From IMG/VR virus record IMGVR_UViG_3300027659_000019: a stretch of DNA of 64,000 nt; one strand, written 5' to 3'. A program made the translations under genes and the position numbers. The stretch comes from an uncultured virus (IMG/VR IMGVR_UViG_3300027659_000019). Taxonomy: Duplodnaviria > Heunggongvirae > Uroviricota > Caudoviricetes. The number at the start of each line of letters is the position of its first letter. Positions within the stretch are counted from its first letter, which is position 1. The notes under the pieces are model-generated. The model searched no databases and was not told the origin of the DNA. It saw nothing but the letters and a program-made list of their open reading frames with translations. Positions 58,577 to 64,000 of this stretch are shown piece by piece.

Positions 58577-58989
58577 AAAACGGGGACATTTCAAACGTCT
58601 CCTCACCGCAAATTGTGTGTGTGACAGATCTTGTTATTGGACTTGCAGAAGTAGAGACTAAAACATTTTTATCTAAAAAAATTTCCTTTAAAATAGGAAA
58701 GATAGATGCGCAAAACGCAAACAAGTTGTGGATTATGTCTAACAAATACGAGATATCACTTGAACTTGCTGGTTTTGAATCCGAAGGTTGGACTGAGGAA
58801 TTGTTAGACAAGGCGTTTGACACGCTTGAACGACGGGTAGTTAATCCATTTAATTATTGGCAACTTTACGAAGATGTTGATGAGTTAATTGTTGGGTTAC
58901 CGTACCGTCCTAATTTAAAAGCAGTACTAGATATCCCTAACAGAGTTGCACGATACGGCTCTGCTGGTGTACAAATAGACAACATCTAA
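58573..58989 (+). CDS. Hypothetical protein
   Basis: ORF track; ATGA overlap. Confidence 0.7.
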   Translation: MKNGDISNVSSPQIVCVTDLVIGLAEVETKTFLSKKISFKIGKIDAQNANKLWIMSNKYEISLELAGFESEGWTEELLDKAFDTLERRVVNPFNYWQLYEDVDELIVGLPYRPNLKAVLDIPNRVARYGSAGVQIDNI

Positions 58990-59007
58990 TCCCTTGAGGG
59001 AGGGCAC

Positions 59008-60258
59008 ATGGCGGCAGATAACGAAGCGCGGTTAGTCAGTAAAGTTATCCGTGACCGCGAAATCACTCCTGCCCTACAACGTGGCATTACCGATTCTTGG
59101 TTTCTTGACGACGATAACAAAAGGGTTTGGGCTTTTGTACGAAAGCATTACGCTGAATATAGCGAGGTCCCAACTGCCGTAACTGTTAAAGATCACTACC
59201 CAAATTACAAAGTGTTAGATGTACAAGACAACATTGAGTATTTACTTGACACGATGGTTGAGTTTCGTCGTCGAATGCTTACACGGCAGGGTCTTGAAAC
59301 TGCTGTAGAGCAACTGCAGGAAAACAACCATGAGTCAGCGCTTCTTGCTATGGAAGCAACTATTACTAGAGTTAACGAGCAAGGCGTACTTGGCACTCAC
59401 GAAATTGATTTAACTAAGAACACTGAAGAACGTTACAAAGATTATCAATCATTGCAGAACTCAGAATTTTTAGGTATACCTACTGGTTTTGCAAAGATTG
59501 ATGAGGCCACTGCTGGTTTGCAGGGAGGCCAATTAGTTACGATTATTGCTCCTCCTAAGACAGGTAAATCTCAGATTGCATTAAAGATGGCTATTAATAT
59601 TCACCGTCAGGGAAAGATCCCTATGTTTCAATCTTTTGAGATGAACAACCATGAGCAGCAACAACGACACGATGCGATGAGATCAAACATTTCTCACGGA
59701 CGTTTACGTCGTGGAAAGTTACTTCCTGCAGAAGAAGCGCGTTACATTGATGTTCTAAATGAGATGGAAAAAGAGCATTCTTTTCACCTTGTGGATGCTG
59801 TTAATGGAATTACTGTCTCTGCATTGGCTGCCAAGATTGAGCAAACCAAACCAGACATTGTGTTTGTTGATGGTGTTTATTTGATGCTTGATGAAATTAC
59901 AGGGGAAATGAATACTCCACAAGCAATTACCAACATTACTCGTGCCCTTAAACGGTTGGCTCAAAAGATTCATAAACCAGTTGTTATTACTACACAAACT
60001 TTGCTTTGGAAAATGCGTGCTGGAAAAGTTACTGCAGATTCTATTGGTTACTCATCTTCTTTCTTCCAAGACTCGGACGTCATATTGGGACTTGAACCAA
60101 TTGAAGAGGATGAAGAACTACGTAACTTAAAGGTAGTTGCAAGCCGTAACTGTGGTCCTACGGAAACCGCTTTGACATGGCGTTGGGAGACTGGGTGTTT
60201 CCACGACGAAGACGAAGTGTTTAAGTGCAAGTACTGCTCCGACTGGAGTCGGCGGTGA
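59008..60258 (+). CDS. dnaB: DnaB-like replicative helicase
   Basis: GIPTGF..ID..T.G, APPKTGKS, SFEM, VFVDG, QDSD.ILGL, ASRN. Confidence 0.92.
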   Translation: MAADNEARLVSKVIRDREITPALQRGITDSWFLDDDNKRVWAFVRKHYAEYSEVPTAVTVKDHYPNYKVLDVQDNIEYLLDTMVEFRRRMLTRQGLETAVEQLQENNHESALLAMEATITRVNEQGVLGTHEIDLTKNTEERYKDYQSLQNSEFLGIPTGFAKIDEATAGLQGGQLVTIIAPPKTGKSQIALKMAINIHRQGKIPMFQSFEMNNHEQQQRHDAMRSNISHGRLRRGKLLPAEEARYIDVLNEMEKEHSFHLVDAVNGITVSALAAKIEQTKPDIVFVDGVYLMLDEITGEMNTPQAITNITRALKRLAQKIHKPVVITTQTLLWKMRAGKVTADSIGYSSSFFQDSDVILGLEPIEEDEELRNLKVVASRNCGPTETALTWRWETGCFHDEDEVFKCKYCSDWSRR

Positions 60259-61187
60259 TCGATGTTGAGAAGATCCTTTTTAATTTAGATCTATCTCTTT
60301 ACGCCCAACGTGGAGCAGAGGTCAACGGACTTTGCCCTATGCACAAAAAGCGCACAGGAAAAGAAGACCACTTCCCTTCGTGGTGGATAAACTCTGAAAG
60401 CGGAGCACACATTTGTTTTTCTTGTGGTTACAAGGGAAACATCTACACCCTTGTTGCTGACGTTAAGGGGATATCTTATTTTGATGCACAGGATTACATA
60501 GGGGAGGGTGCAGAAGTCCCTCTAGATTCCCTTATGCGCCGAATTAAAGATCTCCCACAGTATGTGCAACCAGAAGAGACGATCGCGATGTCAGAGGCTC
60601 GATTGGCCGTTTACACCGATCCACCAGATATTGAACTTAAGAAAAGATTTTTAAAACGAGGAGCAGTTACTGTGCACGGCGTTCTTTGGGATACAAAAAA
60701 CGAAGCATGGATTTTGCCAATTAGAGACGCAGACAGTGGGGCGTTGCTAGGGTGGCAAGAAAAGGGAGCAAGAGGACGGTTCTTTAAGAACCAACCAGCA
60801 GGAGTAAAAAAATCTAAAACTGTCTTCGGTGTTCAGGTGATGAGTTCAGAACACGACCTCATTGTTGTCGAGTCACCTTTAGACTCAGTTCGGTTAACGG
60901 GTCTTGGGCACAACTCAGTATCTACCTTTGGTGCAATTATGAGCGAAGAGCAAGCAAAGATCCTACGACGTGCTTCAAAGGTTATTGCTGCTTTTGACAA
61001 TGACAAGGCTGGTTACACCGCCAATGAACAACTACGTGTATTTGCTCGGAAGTACGGTATGGATCTTTATTATTTTAATTACAAGGGTATTGACGTCAAA
61101 GACGTGGGCGATATGACCGAAGCAGAGATTGAGCATGGAATTAAGACTGCAAAGACTTCTATTTTAGGGAAGGCTGCTTATCTATGA
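60255..61187 (+). CDS. DNA primase (CHC2 zinc finger plus TOPRIM)
   Basis: CPMH...CFSCG; VVESPLD; FDNDKAG; KDVGD. Confidence 0.9.
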   Translation: MIDVEKILFNLDLSLYAQRGAEVNGLCPMHKKRTGKEDHFPSWWINSESGAHICFSCGYKGNIYTLVADVKGISYFDAQDYIGEGAEVPLDSLMRRIKDLPQYVQPEETIAMSEARLAVYTDPPDIELKKRFLKRGAVTVHGVLWDTKNEAWILPIRDADSGALLGWQEKGARGRFFKNQPAGVKKSKTVFGVQVMSSEHDLIVVESPLDSVRLTGLGHNSVSTFGAIMSEEQAKILRRASKVIAAFDNDKAGYTANEQLRVFARKYGMDLYYFNYKGIDVKDVGDMTEAEIEHGIKTAKTSILGKAAYL

Positions 61188-61360
61188 TGGACCTAAGAGA
61201 CAGAGACCGCCCCTTACACGTGTGTATTTGTGGTTCTACACTTTGGAATATAAAAGCAATGTTTGAGGACGGAGAAATTTCACTTTATATGTTAGATATG
61301 GAGTGTCATCTTTGTGGGGCCCTGGCGACTGCACCAACCCCTATTGACAATGACATTTAA
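61184..61360 (+). CDS. Small zinc-binding protein, 58 aa
   Basis: HVCICGS...MECHLCGALATAPTPID, translated by hand; ATGA overlap. Confidence 0.65.
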   Translation: MMDLRDRDRPLHVCICGSTLWNIKAMFEDGEISLYMLDMECHLCGALATAPTPIDNDI

Positions 61361-62906
61361 TGGGACTTTAAAACCATACCAGGTTGAAGCAGTTGACCGT
61401 ATGGTGTTACGTAAAAAGATGTTGGTTGCTTATGAGATGGGTCTTGGTAAAACTTGTATGACTATTGCTGCTGTAGAAAAATTAAAAAATAACGGCGCTA
61501 TTACCAAACCAGTACTAGTAATTGCATTATCTAGTCTTAAGTACCAGTGGCAAAAAGAAATAAATAAATTTTCTAACGCAACAACCACGGTAATTGATGG
61601 GTCTAAAACTTCTAGGGTTAAAAGTTGGGCAGAATCAACCAACTATTTAATTTGTAATTACGAAACAATTGTTGCTGATTGGGACCTTATTAAAGACTAC
61701 GAATGGGGCGCAGTTATTTGTGACGAAGCAACAGCAATTAAAGGATTTAGGTCTAAGCGTTCAAAGGCTGTAAAAAAACTGGCATCGAAAGTACCTATTA
61801 GGTTTGCGTTAACTGGCACTCCGATTGAAAATGGCAGGCCAGAAGAGGTCTATAGCATTATGCAATTTGTTGATGACACTCTTCTGGGTCGTTTTGATCT
61901 ATTCGATCAAACGTTTATTGTACGCAATCATTTTGGTGGAGTTCAGCGTTATCGCAATTTAAATGTATTCCACGAAAAAATGAAACAAGCATCGGTAAGA
62001 AAGATTCAAACTGATCCAGACGTAGCGCCGTATCTTCCAGACACCCTATACCGAGATCCAATAACTATTGCTTTAGATAAAAAAACCGCTTCTCTCTATA
62101 ACTTTATTGCTGATGAATTAAGTAATGAATTAATTGAGGCGCAACAACTTCTTGGTGCATCGTTTTCATTGTTTGCTCACTACGGCCACGAAAATAAAAT
62201 AGGAAGTCCTGCAGATATGATGCGTGGATCAATTATGTCTAAAATCACTGCCTTACGTATGCTCTGTGATCACCCACAACTACTGGAAAGTAGCGCTAAA
62301 TTATTTGAGGAACAGCAAGGAAATGGAAGCGCTTATGCGTCAAGTTTAAAAGCACGAGGATTGTTAGAAGGGGTAGTTAAATCTCAGAAACTGCAAGAAT
62401 TAAAAACATATGTAACTGATCACCTAGACACAGACCCAGACGCAAAAGTTGTTGTGTTTACATCGTGGGTAGGTATGTTGGAATTAATACACGCAGAGTT
62501 AGGTGGGACCCTTTACACAGGCAGTATGAACGCCAAAGAAAAAGAAGCCAGCAAAGAGAAGTTCTTGACTGATCCAGATTGCCGTGTGTTTATATCTTCA
62601 GACGCGGGTGGATACGGGGTTGATTTGCCCAACGCAAACTTGTTAGTAAATTACGATCTGCCCTGGTCAGCGGGATTAGCGGTACAACGCAATGGGCGCA
62701 TCAAACGAGCCTCAAGCCGTTGGCCTAGTATTACTATTCAAGACATCATTGTTGGGAATTCAATAGAAGAACGTCAACATGATATGCTCCAGCAGAAGAA
62801 CGCTGTAGCGGACGCAGTGATGGATGGGCAAGGAATTAACTCCAAAGGAGGAGTTGACCTGACTGTTGGAAGCCTGATAGGGTTCTTACAGAAGGAAAGA
62901 CCGTAA
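61350..62906 (+). CDS. SNF2-family helicase
   Basis: LKPYQ, MGLGKT, CDEA, LTGTPIEN, AGGYGVDL, QRNGRIKR. Confidence 0.92.
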   Translation: MTFNGTLKPYQVEAVDRMVLRKKMLVAYEMGLGKTCMTIAAVEKLKNNGAITKPVLVIALSSLKYQWQKEINKFSNATTTVIDGSKTSRVKSWAESTNYLICNYETIVADWDLIKDYEWGAVICDEATAIKGFRSKRSKAVKKLASKVPIRFALTGTPIENGRPEEVYSIMQFVDDTLLGRFDLFDQTFIVRNHFGGVQRYRNLNVFHEKMKQASVRKIQTDPDVAPYLPDTLYRDPITIALDKKTASLYNFIADELSNELIEAQQLLGASFSLFAHYGHENKIGSPADMMRGSIMSKITALRMLCDHPQLLESSAKLFEEQQGNGSAYASSLKARGLLEGVVKSQKLQELKTYVTDHLDTDPDAKVVVFTSWVGMLELIHAELGGTLYTGSMNAKEKEASKEKFLTDPDCRVFISSDAGGYGVDLPNANLLVNYDLPWSAGLAVQRNGRIKRASSRWPSITIQDIIVGNSIEERQHDMLQQKNAVADAVMDGQGINSKGGVDLTVGSLIGFLQKERP

Positions 62907-62915
62907 GGGGGAAAT

Positions 62916-63356
62916 ATGGCAAGAGTAAAACCAACAGAACCACGAAGTGCTGATGCAGATGATTTTTCAGCACAAGCAAAAAACTATGCTTTTATTAAGC
63001 GACAACTTGAATATTGGGAAAAGCAACAAAAAGAAGCCAAAGAAAAGTTGTTTGAAAAACTTGATGTTGACGGAGAACCTGATTCATCTGGAAATATTGT
63101 AATTGAATTATCAGAAGACATTGACGGCATTGTTGCTGTTGTAAAACAACGCAGAGTAAGTCGTAAGATTGATGAAACACGTGCCTTTGCACTTATTGAA
63201 AAAAAGGGTTTGCGTGACACTCTCATTGTAACTAAGGAAATTGTTGATGAAGATGCGCTTATGGCCGCTTTGTATAGCGACGAACTTACTGAGGAAGAAA
63301 TTGAAGAGATGTACCCACAGAGCGTAGTGTGGGCATTAGTAATGAAGAAGAGATAA
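62916..63356 (+). CDS. Hypothetical protein
   Basis: GGGGG RBS; ORF track. Confidence 0.75.
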   Translation: MARVKPTEPRSADADDFSAQAKNYAFIKRQLEYWEKQQKEAKEKLFEKLDVDGEPDSSGNIVIELSEDIDGIVAVVKQRRVSRKIDETRAFALIEKKGLRDTLIVTKEIVDEDALMAALYSDELTEEEIEEMYPQSVVWALVMKKR

Positions 63357-63359
63357 TCA

Positions 63360-63836
63360 ATGGCGGGGTTGCGTGGGCAGGATGAGATCGAGGCAGCATT
63401 CGCTGACCTTGAGTATGTTCCTGGGTCAAAACGCAAACGTCGTGATTTAGATCTAAAAGTTTCTCGCCGTAAAAGCGGTGAGAGTAATGGTTGGGATGCA
63501 AACCCAATTATTAAAACGTTAAATGGAGAAGAAACAGAAGTCTTTACTATCGGCGCACTTGCGTTGGCTTTAGAAAAGACAATTGTTACGATCCGTTTAT
63601 GGGAGCGCAAAGGGTATATCCCACGTGCACCGTATCGTCTTCGGTCTAAAACCTTAAAGGGTCAAAAGACTGGTGGCAATCGTGTGTACACCAGAGCGCT
63701 CATTGAATCTACGATTGAAGAGTTTAATCGTAGAGGCTTACTAGGCGCCGCTCGTGTAGAGTGGAGCCAACACGATGACCTTACAGAAACTTTAGTAAAA
63801 AACTGGAAAGTCATCACATCCACCGAGAGCCAATAG
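63360..63836 (+). CDS. MerR-like HTH DNA-binding protein
   Basis: FTIGALALAL..TIVTIRLWERKGYIP...GGNRVYT. Confidence 0.8.
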   Translation: MAGLRGQDEIEAAFADLEYVPGSKRKRRDLDLKVSRRKSGESNGWDANPIIKTLNGEETEVFTIGALALALEKTIVTIRLWERKGYIPRAPYRLRSKTLKGQKTGGNRVYTRALIESTIEEFNRRGLLGAARVEWSQHDDLTETLVKNWKVITSTESQ

Positions 63837-63858
63837 GTCTCATTACCAAAGGAAACAA

Positions 63859-64000
63859 ATGCCCATCACAAAACCAACGGTAGAGGCAGATGCGTATCTG
63901 TCTGAAGATACCGAAGATGCAATGCCCAAGGTCGGAACAACAGTCCAGCAAGGCTGGGATGCTTTCGACTCACTCGTACAAGAGAACTCTTCTGAGTTCC
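63859..64000 (+). CDS. Partial CDS (3' truncated)
   Basis: AAAGGA RBS; MPITKPTVEADAYL...QQGWDAF, open to the window end. Confidence 0.65.
   Translation, partial: MPITKPTVEADAYLSEDTEDAMPKVGTTVQQGWDAFDSLVQENSSEF

Noticed and set aside
62984..63610. 208-aa minus-strand ORF
   Set aside because: Overlaps two convincing + strand genes and has no recognisable motifs
1..64000. tRNA, rRNA, integrase, transposase, introns or stop-codon reassignment
   Set aside because: None recognised by eye; core genes are intact under the standard code. tRNAscan/Infernal were not run

Overview
The window is a 64-kb segment of a tailed dsDNA phage with a contractile (myovirus-type) tail. Almost all genes are on the + strand. 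The host is probably a low-GC actinobacterium (inference from leaderless promoters, a CRP/GlxR box and actinobacterial-type small zinc proteins). Gene order: (1-8 kb) an accessory array of small enzymes (two ADP-ribosyltransferase-like, two GNAT-like, one zincin protease), plus HNH, a CHAP endolysin and an HslV-like protease; (8.8-13.9 kb) a PA14/FN3 Pro-rich surface protein and small late genes; (14-21.8 kb) terminase, portal, scaffold, major capsid and adaptor; (21.8-37.8 kb) collagen-like and Gly/Cys-rich fibre genes around a prolyl-hydroxylase/GT60/GalE/glycosidase cassette; (38-40 kb) a run of tiny Lys-rich proteins missed by the ORF track; (40-55 kb) sheath, tube, chaperone with a likely +1 frameshift, tape measure and baseplate; (56-64 kb) replication genes. 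The most striking unexplained signal is a short near-N-terminal motif, (N)L[SN]xx[QL]F, shared by otherwise unrelated accessory proteins. It suggests a common capsid-packaging or delivery tag on a shuffled set of effectors. All family assignments come from motif recognition by eye; no database search was run.
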